Assembly: GCA_023250195.1 (NCBI GenBank)
Contig: JAHFBF010000007.1
Coordinates: 1,128-65,127 of the forward strand
Source: Candidatus Melainabacteria bacterium
Lineage (GTDB): Bacteria; Cyanobacteriota; Vampirovibrionia; 2-02-FULL-35-15
Length of the DNA stretch: 64,000 nucleotides
Direction: 5' to 3'
Shown: piece by piece, positions 47,840 through 57,340 of the stretch
How the letters are laid out: the number at the start of each line of letters is the position of its first letter
Position numbering within the stretch: position 1 is the stretch's first letter
The notes under the pieces: model-generated
What the model was told of the DNA's origin: nothing
The model's database searches: none
Seen by the model: the letters and a program-made list of their open reading frames with translations, nothing else
Position numbers and translations under genes: made by a program

Positions 47840-49870
47840 ATGCCAACTAATTCCTCACAATTCCAAATCAAATCTCCCTTTCAGCCTGCAGGAGATCAAC
47901 CACAGGCAATAAAAGAATTAAAAGAAGGAATTAAAAAAAAGTTGCGCTATCAAACGCTTCTTGGTGTAACCGGCTCAGGAAAAACCTTTACAATTGCTAA
48001 TGTAATTGCTGAGGTTAAAAAACCAGCTCTTATAATCGCCCACAATAAAACACTTGCAGCACAGTTATGTAATGAGTTTCGGGATTTTATGCCTGATAAT
48101 GCTGTTGAATATTTTATTAGTTACTATGACTATTACCAACCTGAGTCTTATCTCCCACAGACTGATACATACATCGAAAAAGTTGCAAGTGTAAATGAAG
48201 AAATAGACAGATTAAGACACTCTACTACAAGATCACTCTTTGAAAGGGACGATGTTGTAGTAGTTGCTTCTGTAAGCTGCATATATGGTTTAGGAGTACC
48301 AGAATTATATTATAAGTCTGCAATCATGCTTAAACAGGGACAAAATATTGAACGGGATGAATTGATACATAACTTTGTAGGTATTCACTACGAAAGAAAT
48401 GACATAGAGCTTACAAGAGGAAGATTTCGTGTTCGCGGTGAAATTGTAGAAATTTTTCCTGTCTACGAAGAAGAGATTCTAAAAATAAGCTTCTTTGGAG
48501 ATCAGATTGAAAGCCTTACTAAAATTAATCCAATGACAGGCGAAGTAACCTCTACAATGAAAGAAATATCAATTTATCCAGCCAAGCATTACATAGCGGA
48601 TGAAGAAAGTATTGAAGAAGCATGTAAACAAATTGACAAAGAGCTGAAAGAAAGATGTGACGAATTAAAATCACAGGACAAAAATATAGAAGCCCAAAGA
48701 CTCTGGCAACGGACAAAATTTGACCTTGAAATGTTACGTGAAGTAGGTTACTGCAATGGTGTTGAAAACTATTCAAGAATCCTGGAAGGAAGAAAGTCCG
48801 GTGAACCGCCAAATGTTTTAATAGATTATTTCAATAGAAAATTTGGAGAAGACGGCTGGGTATGTATTATAGATGAATCACACGTAACCGTTCCACAAGT
48901 GGGGGGCATGTATCATGGAGATTTATCCAGAAAAAATACTCTTATAGATTATGGGTTTCGTCTTCCCTGTGCAAAAGACAATAGGCCTTTAAAACCTGAT
49001 GAATTCTGGAGTAGAATCAACCAGGCAATTTTTGTAAGCGCAACTCCTGGCGATTACGAATTAAAAATAAGTGAGAAGATTGTAGAACAGATAGTACGGC
49101 CTACCGGACTTATAGATCCTGGAGTTGAGATACGACCAACAAAAGGACAAATTGATGATTTAATTCATGAAATCAGATTAAGAGTTGAAAAAAAAGAAAG
49201 GATTTTAATTTCCACACTTACAAAAAGAATGGCGGAAGATTTAACAGCATATTTAACCGGATCAAATTTAAAAGTCAGATGGTTACACAGTGAAATAGTT
49301 GCACTTGATAGGATTGAAATTTTAAGAGATTTAAGGCTTGGAGAATTTGATGTGCTGGTTGGAGTAAATCTTTTACGCGAAGGTATTGATTTGCCTGAAG
49401 TAAGTCTGGTTTGCATAATGGATGCAGACAAAGAAGGTTTTTTAAGAGCCGAAAGATCTTTAATTCAAATGATAGGACGTGCTGCAAGAAATGCCGCAGG
49501 AAAAGTTATTTTATATGCTGATAAAATTACAAATTCAATGCAAAGAGCAATTAGCGAAACTAATCGTAGAAGAGAGGTACAGATTGAGTACAATAAATTG
49601 CATAATATTACCCCAAAAACAATTATTAAAGGACATGCAAATCCGCTTCTAGAAGCGCTTCGCTCAAATAAAAATATTGAAGAGGTTATAGCAGAAGAAC
49701 TTGCACATGAAAAACTTGACTTAAAAGAACTTCCAAAAGTTTTGAAAAAAATTGAACAGCAGATGAAAAATGCTGCATTATTATTGGATTTTGAAAGAGC
49801 TGCAAAATTAAGAGATGAGTTATACAAATTAAGAGAACAAGCAAAAAAAATTAGATCAGAGAAATATTAA
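47840..49870 (+). CDS. uvrB: Excinuclease ABC subunit B
   Basis: PAGDQP, GVTGSGKT, YYDYYQPE, DESH, NLLREG, QMIGRAAR and C-terminal UVR motif. Confidence 0.98.
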   Translation: MPTNSSQFQIKSPFQPAGDQPQAIKELKEGIKKKLRYQTLLGVTGSGKTFTIANVIAEVKKPALIIAHNKTLAAQLCNEFRDFMPDNAVEYFISYYDYYQPESYLPQTDTYIEKVASVNEEIDRLRHSTTRSLFERDDVVVVASVSCIYGLGVPELYYKSAIMLKQGQNIERDELIHNFVGIHYERNDIELTRGRFRVRGEIVEIFPVYEEEILKISFFGDQIESLTKINPMTGEVTSTMKEISIYPAKHYIADEESIEEACKQIDKELKERCDELKSQDKNIEAQRLWQRTKFDLEMLREVGYCNGVENYSRILEGRKSGEPPNVLIDYFNRKFGEDGWVCIIDESHVTVPQVGGMYHGDLSRKNTLIDYGFRLPCAKDNRPLKPDEFWSRINQAIFVSATPGDYELKISEKIVEQIVRPTGLIDPGVEIRPTKGQIDDLIHEIRLRVEKKERILISTLTKRMAEDLTAYLTGSNLKVRWLHSEIVALDRIEILRDLRLGEFDVLVGVNLLREGIDLPEVSLVCIMDADKEGFLRAERSLIQMIGRAARNAAGKVILYADKITNSMQRAISETNRRREVQIEYNKLHNITPKTIIKGHANPLLEALRSNKNIEEVIAEELAHEKLDLKELPKVLKKIEQQMKNAALLLDFERAAKLRDELYKLREQAKKIRSEKY

Positions 49871-49901
49871 ACACAAAAGGAGTTATAATATAGCAGATAA
49901 A

Positions 49902-49939
49902 AGCGGAGCATTTTCTTGAAAATGCGGAGCGTTATATAA
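49902..49939 (+). repeat. Start-proximal hairpin repeat AGCGGAGCATTTTCTTGAAAATGCGGAGCG-TTATATAA
   Basis: 30 bp identical to the reverse complement of 56100-56129; directly precedes an ATG in both cases. Confidence 0.85.
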
Positions 49940-50056
49940 ATGATGGAGTTCTTTCGAAAATATTCTAAGTTCTTTGTACTAATCATGCTTATTGCTTTTT
50001 TGGTGGTTTCAGTAGTACCAATGTTTTATGTTTTCACGATTAAAAAACCGTACTAG
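49940..50056 (+). CDS. Small single-TM protein (38 aa)
   Basis: MMEFFRKYSKFFVLIMLIAFLVVSVVPMFYVFTIKKPY; GGAG upstream. Confidence 0.5.
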   Translation: MMEFFRKYSKFFVLIMLIAFLVVSVVPMFYVFTIKKPY

Positions 50057-50078
50057 AACTATTTGATTTTTAATATTT

Positions 50079-51224
50079 ATGAATAAAAAAAGGATTGTTT
50101 ATAGCTTGCTTTTAATCATACTTACCATGATTAATTCTTCATCTTTATGCGCATACTCCTCATTCAGCAAAGCAAAATCAAGGGCTTTAAGAGAAATAGA
50201 ACAAAAAAGCGAGTTTTTAAAAAGGAAGATTCAAGAAACCAAGGAAAAAGAAAAAGTTGCTACAGGAAAATTAATTGTAATTCAACATAAACTTTATAAA
50301 ACACAGGAACAATTAAGAAAAAATAAAAATGAGCTTTCAAGCACTCAAAACAGTTTACAGCTTACAGAAGAAAAACTAACAAAGCTAAAAAAGGACTACA
50401 TTACCTTAAGAGCAGATGCTGAAAACAGAATTAAACAGATTTATGAGGGGCAAAGATTAAAAGTATTGGAGATTTTATTAAAAACCCCTAGTCTGACTGA
50501 ATTCCTGGATGTACTGTACTACCAAAAACTTCTTATTGCACAGGATAAAAATCTGCTTGAAAGGCTATCTACCCAATCAAAAGAAATAAAGAATTTCAAA
50601 GAGCGTCTTGCTCAAGAAAAAATCAGGATTGCAAGTATTGTTAGTGTTATAGAAAAACAAAAAATAGAAATAGCCAGAGAACATACTAATCAGTCACATC
50701 TGGTACAAAAGCTAAGAACAGAAAGAGCTTCTTATGAATCTGCTGAAAGACAAATCGAAAGAGATTCACAGCAGTTGATTTCAGAGATAAACAGACTTGT
50801 TGGAAAAGGTGGGTTTAATGGTCCTTCAGTTCCAGGTTCAGGAGCTTTTTCATATCCTATCCATGGGCGTCTAACATCACCATTTGGATTACGCAGACAT
50901 CCTATCTTTAAAGTCGTAAGCTTTCACAGTGGAGTTGACCTGGCAGCGCCATACGGAACAGCAATTATGGCAAGCGATACAGGAAGAGTGATTTTTAACG
51001 GTTGGTATGGCGGCTATGGAAAAGTTGTAATCGTAGACCATGGGATGAATTACTCTACTCTTTATGCTCACTTAAGCAGAACATCTGCTTCAAGAGGACA
51101 GACAATTATAAAAGGACAAACCGTTGGCTATGAAGGCCAAACCGGATACTCCACAGGACCTCATTTACACTTTGAGGTTAGAAAAAACGGAAGACCGGAG
51201 AACCCGTTAAATTATCTAAGATAG
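50079..51224 (+). CDS. Coiled-coil M23 peptidase (EnvC/murein hydrolase activator-like)
   Basis: Signal peptide, coiled coil, and HSGVD, LYAHL and STGPHLHFEV motifs. Confidence 0.93.
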   Translation: MNKKRIVYSLLLIILTMINSSSLCAYSSFSKAKSRALREIEQKSEFLKRKIQETKEKEKVATGKLIVIQHKLYKTQEQLRKNKNELSSTQNSLQLTEEKLTKLKKDYITLRADAENRIKQIYEGQRLKVLEILLKTPSLTEFLDVLYYQKLLIAQDKNLLERLSTQSKEIKNFKERLAQEKIRIASIVSVIEKQKIEIAREHTNQSHLVQKLRTERASYESAERQIERDSQQLISEINRLVGKGGFNGPSVPGSGAFSYPIHGRLTSPFGLRRHPIFKVVSFHSGVDLAAPYGTAIMASDTGRVIFNGWYGGYGKVVIVDHGMNYSTLYAHLSRTSASRGQTIIKGQTVGYEGQTGYSTGPHLHFEVRKNGRPENPLNYLR

Positions 51225-51234
51225 AAATTAATTT

Positions 51235-51861
51235 TCAGGTTCTATTTACCGCCCAGACCATTGCATGTTTTTTACTTAAGTGAATTTCTGTAATTGAGCC
51301 ATTTTCTACTTTTAAGTGCCAGAACTTATCAACATCTGCTTTTAATAACTGTAAAATAAAAAGCCTTATCGGTCCTGAGTGACAAACAACAATAATGTTT
51401 TTACCTGCATATTTCTTTAGGACTATTTTATAAAATTTATTTACTCTTTTATCTAAATCAACGACTGATTCACCTCTTGGGGGCTTATTCCTGTAAGGAT
51501 CTTTTAGCCACTGTTTATATCCCTTAGGATCATCCTTCCTAACCTCCCAGTAATTTTTCCCTTCCCATAAACCTTCAGATTTTTCCATAAGATTTTTATC
51601 AATAATGATCTTGGAGACAGGTTTCCTGCCTAAAGCAATAATTTTTGCAGTGTGAATAGCACGTTTTAAAGGACTTGAAATTATATAATCTGTTTTCACT
51701 TTAGAGAGCTTGTGGGCTGCTCTCCGGGCTTGTGTAACCCCTTCATTATTCAAATCCCAATTTAATTGCCCAAATAAAAGCTTATCCTTATTTGCTTTTG
51801 TCTCACCGTGACGGACAAAATAAATTTTTGTTATGGGTTCTTTGTAGTCAAGTATATCCAT
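51235..51861 (-). CDS. Histidine phosphatase (phosphoglycerate mutase/CobC family)
   Basis: RHGET, SSPLKRA, GLWEG, GES and VCHSG motifs. Confidence 0.92.
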   Translation of the reverse strand: MDILDYKEPITKIYFVRHGETKANKDKLLFGQLNWDLNNEGVTQARRAAHKLSKVKTDYIISSPLKRAIHTAKIIALGRKPVSKIIIDKNLMEKSEGLWEGKNYWEVRKDDPKGYKQWLKDPYRNKPPRGESVVDLDKRVNKFYKIVLKKYAGKNIIVVCHSGPIRLFILQLLKADVDKFWHLKVENGSITEIHLSKKHAMVWAVNRT

Positions 51862-51864
51862 ACT

Positions 51865-51893
51865 GTTGAGGCAGGTTTTAAACCTGCCTTTAC
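51865..51893. repeat. Intergenic GTAG-type palindrome
   Basis: GTTGAGGCAGGTTTTAAACCTGCCTTTAC. Confidence 0.75.
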
Positions 51894-51903
51894 AAAGGCT
51901 CCT

Positions 51904-53061
51904 TTATGTTTTATTTTTATTAATAAGCCAACTCATAATTAACGCTGTTGCCGGAATTGCAATAATCAATCCAATACTTCCTGCAATTGCTGCTGTAATT
52001 TCTGACACAACAAGTTCCAAATTTAAAAACTTTGCTGGATTTTTTTCATGGCTGATTAAAAGAAGCATCGGTAAGGCCATCCCTGTATAAGCTAAAACAA
52101 GAGTATTTGTCATGGTTCCCATAATGTCTTTCCCAACATTCATTCCAGACTTAAAAAGATCGCCAATAGAATAGTTTGGATTTGCAATTTTAATTTCCTG
52201 TATTGAACTTGCAACTGAAATTGCTACATCCATTACAGCACCCAGGCATGAAACAATCATTCCTGCTGCAAGCAAACCTTTGAAATTAATCTGATAAAGC
52301 TGGTTTCCCCACAAAATCATTGCTTCTGTACTTGCCAACCCCGAAAGAGGGGCTATTGTAATTATAATTGTTGCAATAAAACCACTCACACTTACTCCTA
52401 TCCCTGTCCCAAGCGTACTGGCTAAAGATTTTATGTTCGTGCCAGCCACAAACACCATGGTAAGTGCAGTTGCAAGGATTGAAACAATAACTGCAGAAAA
52501 AAGTGGATTAACTCCTTTTTCAATAGAAGGAATCAATACAAAAGAAATAAGAAGAATGGTAACAAATAAAGAAATAATTGCTCTTATTCCTTTAAACCCG
52601 CCTACTGCAACTAAAGTAATCAGAAATAACGCACTTAAAATCCAGATTAAATACTCACGATTATAATCAACTATAAAATAATCTTCATTGCCGGTATCTA
52701 TATTTTCTACTTTAGTTACAAGATATTTTTTGCCAACCTGCCCTACAATTGCAAATGCCGGATTATCCGGGATTACATTTGCTGCTGACCTTTTTTTACC
52801 TGCATCTTCACCTGAAACTATTTTCAAAAGCAATTGCTGGGTTCTTTGTTTATTACCGCCGGGTAATTCTTCTTTAATATCTGAAATAATCTTTATGACT
52901 TTCGCTAAACAATAAGTTTCTTTTGTATGCGGTTCATCACTATCAACTGTTTCATCTTTTTCTGATTCAAGACTTACAGCTTGTTTACTTAATGTTATTC
53001 CTAATCCGGAAAAAGAAATTGTTAGAATCGTTATAAGTAAAAAAATCTTTGAAAGTTTCAT
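51904..53061 (-). CDS. YibE/F family membrane protein
   Basis: LGAVMDVAISV, SGMNVGKDIMGTMTNTLVLAY and GSIG motifs. Confidence 0.92.
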   Translation of the reverse strand: MKLSKIFLLITILTISFSGLGITLSKQAVSLESEKDETVDSDEPHTKETYCLAKVIKIISDIKEELPGGNKQRTQQLLLKIVSGEDAGKKRSAANVIPDNPAFAIVGQVGKKYLVTKVENIDTGNEDYFIVDYNREYLIWILSALFLITLVAVGGFKGIRAIISLFVTILLISFVLIPSIEKGVNPLFSAVIVSILATALTMVFVAGTNIKSLASTLGTGIGVSVSGFIATIIITIAPLSGLASTEAMILWGNQLYQINFKGLLAAGMIVSCLGAVMDVAISVASSIQEIKIANPNYSIGDLFKSGMNVGKDIMGTMTNTLVLAYTGMALPMLLLISHEKNPAKFLNLELVVSEITAAIAGSIGLIIAIPATALIMSWLINKNKT

Positions 53062-53083
53062 CTGTATAATTTTAGCAAAATCA

Positions 53084-53172
53084 CGTCATTGCGAGGGCTT
53101 TAGCTCAAAGCAACCTCCCTAACTCTTTCACGTTGTTGAGATTACTTCGTCGTTTCACTTCTCGCAATGACG
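53084..53172. mobile_element. CGTC-tagged palindromic element, inverted copy of 47710-47807
   Basis: CGTCATTGCGAG...CTCGCAATGACG termini; internal sequence homologous to the 47710 copy. Confidence 0.85.
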
Positions 53173-53181
53173 CATCACCTT

Positions 53182-53223
53182 TTCATGCTTCATGCTTCAT
53201 GCTTCATGCTTCATGCTTCATGC
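53182..53223. repeat. (TTCATGC)x6 heptamer tandem repeat overlapping the lipA stop codon
   Basis: Six perfect units; the same unit occurs x2 at about 27832-27848 over the coaBC stop codon. Confidence 0.92.
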
Positions 53224-54096
53224 TCTATGCAATGCTCCAGCATGATAAGAACTCCTGACAAGTGGTCCGCTAAAGACTTTTTTAAATCCTATTTTTAATC
53301 CGATTTCTTTAAGGTCTTCAAATTCTTGCGGTAAAAGATACCTATAGACAGGCAGACTTTCCCGAGTTGGCTGCATATACTGACCAAGGGTAAGATAATC
53401 ACATTTGTAACAAAATAAATCCTGCATAACATGAATGACTTCTTTTATTTCTTCTCCAAGACCAAGCATAAGTCCTGACTTTGTAATAATTTGTGGATTT
53501 GATTCTTTAACAAATTTGATGAGTTCCAGTGATCTCTCATAAATAGCGCCAGGTCTAACATCTCTGTATAACCTTGGAACTGTTTCTAAATTATGATTAT
53601 AAATATCCGGACAAGCATCAACTACAATTTTAATACAGTTTTCATCACCGCGAAAATCTGGCGTCAGAACTTCTATTGTTACATTTGGAATTTCTTTTCT
53701 TAATATATTAATTGTTTTTGCAAATTGTTTAGAGCCCTGATCTAAAAGCTCATCTCTGTTTACCGAAGTAATTACTACATGGTTTAATCCTAAGGTCTTC
53801 GCAGCATATGAAATGTTCACCGGTTCATTTTCATCCGGAAGATCAGGCGGTTTCCCCTTTGGTACACTACAAAAAGTACACCCCCTGGTACAGACATTTC
53901 CATTAATCATGAATGTAGCTGTGCCACTTGAAAAACATTCATCTTTATTTGGGCATCTGGCACTCTGGCAAACTGTATTTAAGTCAAATTCCTGAATAAG
54001 TGAATGAACTCTTCTTGATTTGTCATTTAACAAAACATTTTTCCTAAGCCACTCTGGCAGTCGTAATGGTTTTTCGGTTTCTGCATCAGTCAGCAT
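53218..54096 (-). CDS. lipA: Lipoyl synthase
   Basis: CxxxxCxxxxxC and CxxxCxxC clusters; NHNLETV and VRSSYHA motifs. Confidence 0.97.
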   Translation of the reverse strand: MLTDAETEKPLRLPEWLRKNVLLNDKSRRVHSLIQEFDLNTVCQSARCPNKDECFSSGTATFMINGNVCTRGCTFCSVPKGKPPDLPDENEPVNISYAAKTLGLNHVVITSVNRDELLDQGSKQFAKTINILRKEIPNVTIEVLTPDFRGDENCIKIVVDACPDIYNHNLETVPRLYRDVRPGAIYERSLELIKFVKESNPQIITKSGLMLGLGEEIKEVIHVMQDLFCYKCDYLTLGQYMQPTRESLPVYRYLLPQEFEDLKEIGLKIGFKKVFSGPLVRSSYHAGALHRA

Positions 54097-54118
54097 AGGT
54101 GATTATAATAACATTGCT

Positions 54119-54156
54119 ATTGCTTCGTCAGTCTTTCGGACTTCCTCACGATGACG
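54119..54156 (-). repeat. Half CGTC-type element overlapping the flippase stop codon
   Basis: Minus strand CGTCATCGTGAGGAAGTCCGAAAGACTGACGAAGCAAT. Confidence 0.7.
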
Positions 54157-55618
54157 TCCCCCTAAAAATTTTAATGACTAAATCTTTATCATCTTTACTG
54201 AATACCCTCATAATAAATAGAAACAAGAAATAGCTTAACAAAAGAAAAGATATTTGAAGAAATAGATTTGTTTTGTTTGTCAAAAGGCTGTAAGTCAACC
54301 ACAGAGCTGTCAAACCAGCAATTATTGGTTTAAAACTCATAAAGAAAACATCTTTCAAATTCCATACTAAATATTTTGTACCTAAACCAATAATTATTAT
54401 TAAGAGCAACCCTTCGCTAACTACTGTAGCAATACTTGCTCCAAGAACAGAGTGTTTTGGTATTAGAACTAGATTTAAAATAAGATTTACAATACTGCTT
54501 ACAGCTTGAAAATAAACCATACTTTTATGCTTATGCATTGCAATATAAAATAAGTTAAATGGTGTTTGAATAAATCTAAAGTAAATAAACAAGCTAAATA
54601 ACTGTACAAGAGGAATGGACAAATCATATTTCCTGCCAAATATTAAGTGGATAATAGAACCGGAAAACAAAAATATGGAAATTACAAATGGTGTAGCAAA
54701 AATCACCATATATTTAAAGATAATTTTAAAGACTCTTTTTTGATTTTCTGATTCTTTTATCTTATCGTCTTCCAGTATTCTGTAAATTGTAGGCAAAAGA
54801 GCAAACCTGACCTGGTTAGGAAATAGATTTGCAACATTTGTAAATTTTATTGCCGCGCTAAAAATACCGACAGCATGTAAATTAGAAAAAATTGAAAGCA
54901 ATACCGTGCTGATTTTTGCATAAATCCCTACAAAAAAATCACTCAAGCTAAATATTGTTGAATCTTTAAAAAAATCCTTTACAAGTTCTAATTTTAATTT
55001 TGGTTTTAGAAGTAAAACTGAATTTATTAAAGAAACAATAAAAATAATTATATTCAAAAGTACACTTGCAAGTGCAAGATATAAAACCGAGTTATTGATT
55101 GAAAGAGCAATTATAACTATTACAAGATTAATTGTCGTTTTAAGTATTCTAAAGAAAGAAACAAGTTTAAAATCTCCTAGAATTCTTCTTATGCTGCTAA
55201 AGATACTTCCATAGCTTTCAAGCACCATGGTCAATGTAAATAATTCAAAGATTACAATTTCACTATTTCTATATCCTGCCAGATATCCAACAAAAGTAAC
55301 CAGAGCAAAAGTAGGAATAATAAGGATAGTTTTCAGGAATAAGGCATTTCCAAAACTAAACTGTGTATTAGAAATACTTGTAGAACCAAATTTTAATAAC
55401 GTTCTGTTTAAACCAAAATCACTTAAAAATTGAAATAGTCCCACGAAGGAAATGATTGTTGAATAAAGTCCAAAATTTTCAACTCCAAGCGCTCTGGCAA
55501 CAAAACCTATAAGAACTACATTTAAAGCAACAGTAACTCCTGAACTTGATAATAAGTAAAAAATTCCGAAAGTTAATTTTCTGGAAAGAGGGTCTTTTTT
55601 ACCGCCTTCCTCACTCAT
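54146..55618 (-). CDS. Wzx-type polysaccharide flippase
   Basis: ARALGVENFGLY, SDFGL, VGIFSAA and NLVLIP..GASIAT motifs; many TM segments. Confidence 0.9.
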   Translation of the reverse strand: MSEEGGKKDPLSRKLTFGIFYLLSSSGVTVALNVVLIGFVARALGVENFGLYSTIISFVGLFQFLSDFGLNRTLLKFGSTSISNTQFSFGNALFLKTILIIPTFALVTFVGYLAGYRNSEIVIFELFTLTMVLESYGSIFSSIRRILGDFKLVSFFRILKTTINLVIVIIALSINNSVLYLALASVLLNIIIFIVSLINSVLLLKPKLKLELVKDFFKDSTIFSLSDFFVGIYAKISTVLLSIFSNLHAVGIFSAAIKFTNVANLFPNQVRFALLPTIYRILEDDKIKESENQKRVFKIIFKYMVIFATPFVISIFLFSGSIIHLIFGRKYDLSIPLVQLFSLFIYFRFIQTPFNLFYIAMHKHKSMVYFQAVSSIVNLILNLVLIPKHSVLGASIATVVSEGLLLIIIIGLGTKYLVWNLKDVFFMSFKPIIAGLTALWLTYSLLTNKTNLFLQISFLLLSYFLFLFIMRVFSKDDKDLVIKIFRGTSS

Positions 55619-55752
55619 TCTTCGCTTGTCAGGCTTTGCATAGTGCATCTAAATAGCTTTCTATAACACTATTCAGATTTTACCGAATGAATTGAATAAA
55701 ATCTTACCTTATAAGAAGTTTACTGAGAAATGTTACATTATATAGGCAGCAA

Positions 55753-56088
55753 TTATTGTTCTTCTAATTTAGCAACTAACGCTATTTGGTTTATAACAAG
55801 CTCACTCAGTTCAGCCTCTGTCATTTTATTAAATCTGGACCAGACCGATCTTACCCATTGCAATTGAAAATAATTATGTTTAAAGTTAAAAACATTTGCA
55901 ATAAAATAATCAACTTCGGGATACAATCTGTAGTAATAAACAGCCGTTAAAATATCAGCTGAACAAAGAGCAGTAGGATAATAATCATTGTTTCTAACAG
56001 TTTTTTTACATTGAGCTACAAAATTTGTCAAAAGCTCAAATGAATTTATTGTTACTTCTTCACTTTGTACTGGGAATTCGTTTTCCAT
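55753..56088 (-). CDS. Hypothetical protein (111 aa)
   Basis: ORF preceded by a long structured leader. Confidence 0.65.
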   Translation of the reverse strand: MENEFPVQSEEVTINSFELLTNFVAQCKKTVRNNDYYPTALCSADILTAVYYYRLYPEVDYFIANVFNFKHNYFQLQWVRSVWSRFNKMTEAELSELVINQIALVAKLEEQ

Positions 56089-56089
56089 C

Positions 56090-56150
56090 TTTTATATATC
56101 GCTCCGCATTTTCAAGAAAATGCTCCGCTCTTAGCGGCTAATTCCTTTCA
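56090..56150 (-). repeat. Start-proximal hairpin repeat, copy of 49902-49939
   Basis: 30 bp exact match; preceded by GAAAGGAATT. Confidence 0.85.
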
Positions 56151-56209
56151 ACATTTCGGTTTTTCGTTTATAGAAAAACCTGCCTTTGGATGTTTCTTTT
56201 ACCCAATCT

Positions 56210-56236
56210 GATTTACCGGGTGAGCCGGACAAATCC
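56210..56236 (-). promoter_or_regulatory. Bulged-U hairpin motif, copy 3
   Basis: GGATTTG-T-CCGG-CTCAC-CCGG-TAAATC. Confidence 0.5.
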
Positions 56237-56359
56237 TTTTATCTTAAGAACGTCTGAATATATACATCTATAAAAAGGGAGTAAACCCATTATTTTGATA
56301 GAGAATTATTACCAAAAAACAGAGCAATATGTTAAATTTTTTTAATCTAGTCGCCTAAA

Positions 56360-57340
56360 TTGCCTATATTTGAGGAAAAGTCTAAAATTAGAGGAAATTT
56401 GAATAATCTACAGATAAAAAAACCAGTAATCATAATAGGCTGTCCCCGTTCGGGGACAAGTCTTTTATTCACCATATTAAGTGCAAGCAAACATCTCTGG
56501 TCTTTATACAGAGAAAGTAATGATATATGGGAAGATTTTTATAAATTCACAGGAAAAGAATTTAACAACGAAGTATTAACCCGTGAAGATTTAAATGAAG
56601 AATCTAAAGAATTTTTATTACAAGAATTTCATAAGTATTCTTTCAATAATTACTATATTGGGTATTTTATTAGAGAATATCTTCAAAAAAATAATTCCCT
56701 AAAAACTTTATCCGTTCCTATTACACAGGCAAATCTTTTATACAAAAAATTAATCGCACAGGAATACAGACTTATTGAAAAAACGCCTAAAAACTGTTTC
56801 AGAATTTCATTTATAAACAAATTATTTGATGATTGTAAATTTATTTTTTTAAAACGTGACGGCAGATCCAACATTAATTCTTTAATTGAAGGCTGGCTGG
56901 CAAATGGAAAATACCTAAGGATGAAGAACCCTTCTTTATCCTTAAATATAAAAGGATACAACGGAAAGGGTTGGAATTTTGTTATGCCTCCTGCCTGGGA
57001 AAACTATGCCAATAAGTCTTTAGAAGAAGTTTGTGCATTTCAGTGGATTAGTTCAAACAAAAAAGCTATTGAGGGACTGAAAGAAATTGAAGACAAGAGA
57101 AAACTTTCTATTTCATATGAAGAGCTTACAGAAAACACATCCACAACGATAAGAAAAATCTGTGATTTTATTGAAATCCCATTTGTACATAATCTAAAAG
57201 AAATCTCAGATGATCCACCAAGGGTAAATTACGTCACCAAACCACAAAGAGAAAAATGGAGAAAAAATTCTCATTTAATAGAAAATGTTTATCCGCAAAT
57301 TGAACCTATAATGAAGGAATTAGGATATTCTTTGTCTTAA
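56360..57340 (+). CDS. PAPS-dependent sulfotransferase family protein
   Basis: IIGCPRSGTSLL (5'-PSB), EKTPKN, RDGR...S (3'-PB) and SYEEL motifs. Confidence 0.88.
   Translation: MPIFEEKSKIRGNLNNLQIKKPVIIIGCPRSGTSLLFTILSASKHLWSLYRESNDIWEDFYKFTGKEFNNEVLTREDLNEESKEFLLQEFHKYSFNNYYIGYFIREYLQKNNSLKTLSVPITQANLLYKKLIAQEYRLIEKTPKNCFRISFINKLFDDCKFIFLKRDGRSNINSLIEGWLANGKYLRMKNPSLSLNIKGYNGKGWNFVMPPAWENYANKSLEEVCAFQWISSNKKAIEGLKEIEDKRKLSISYEELTENTSTTIRKICDFIEIPFVHNLKEISDDPPRVNYVTKPQREKWRKNSHLIENVYPQIEPIMKELGYSLS

Noticed and set aside
51611-51636. Further GTAG-type remnant in the histidine phosphatase (ALGRKPVSK)
   Set aside because: Too degenerate to list as a feature, although it resembles the 51865 element.
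53182-53223. CRISPR array
   Set aside because: This is a 7-nt tandem repeat without spacers. No repeat-spacer array or cas gene is seen anywhere in the window.
56270-56300. yybP-ykoY-like AAAGGGAGTA upstream of the sulfotransferase
   Set aside because: Only a short match; the rest of the aptamer is not visible.
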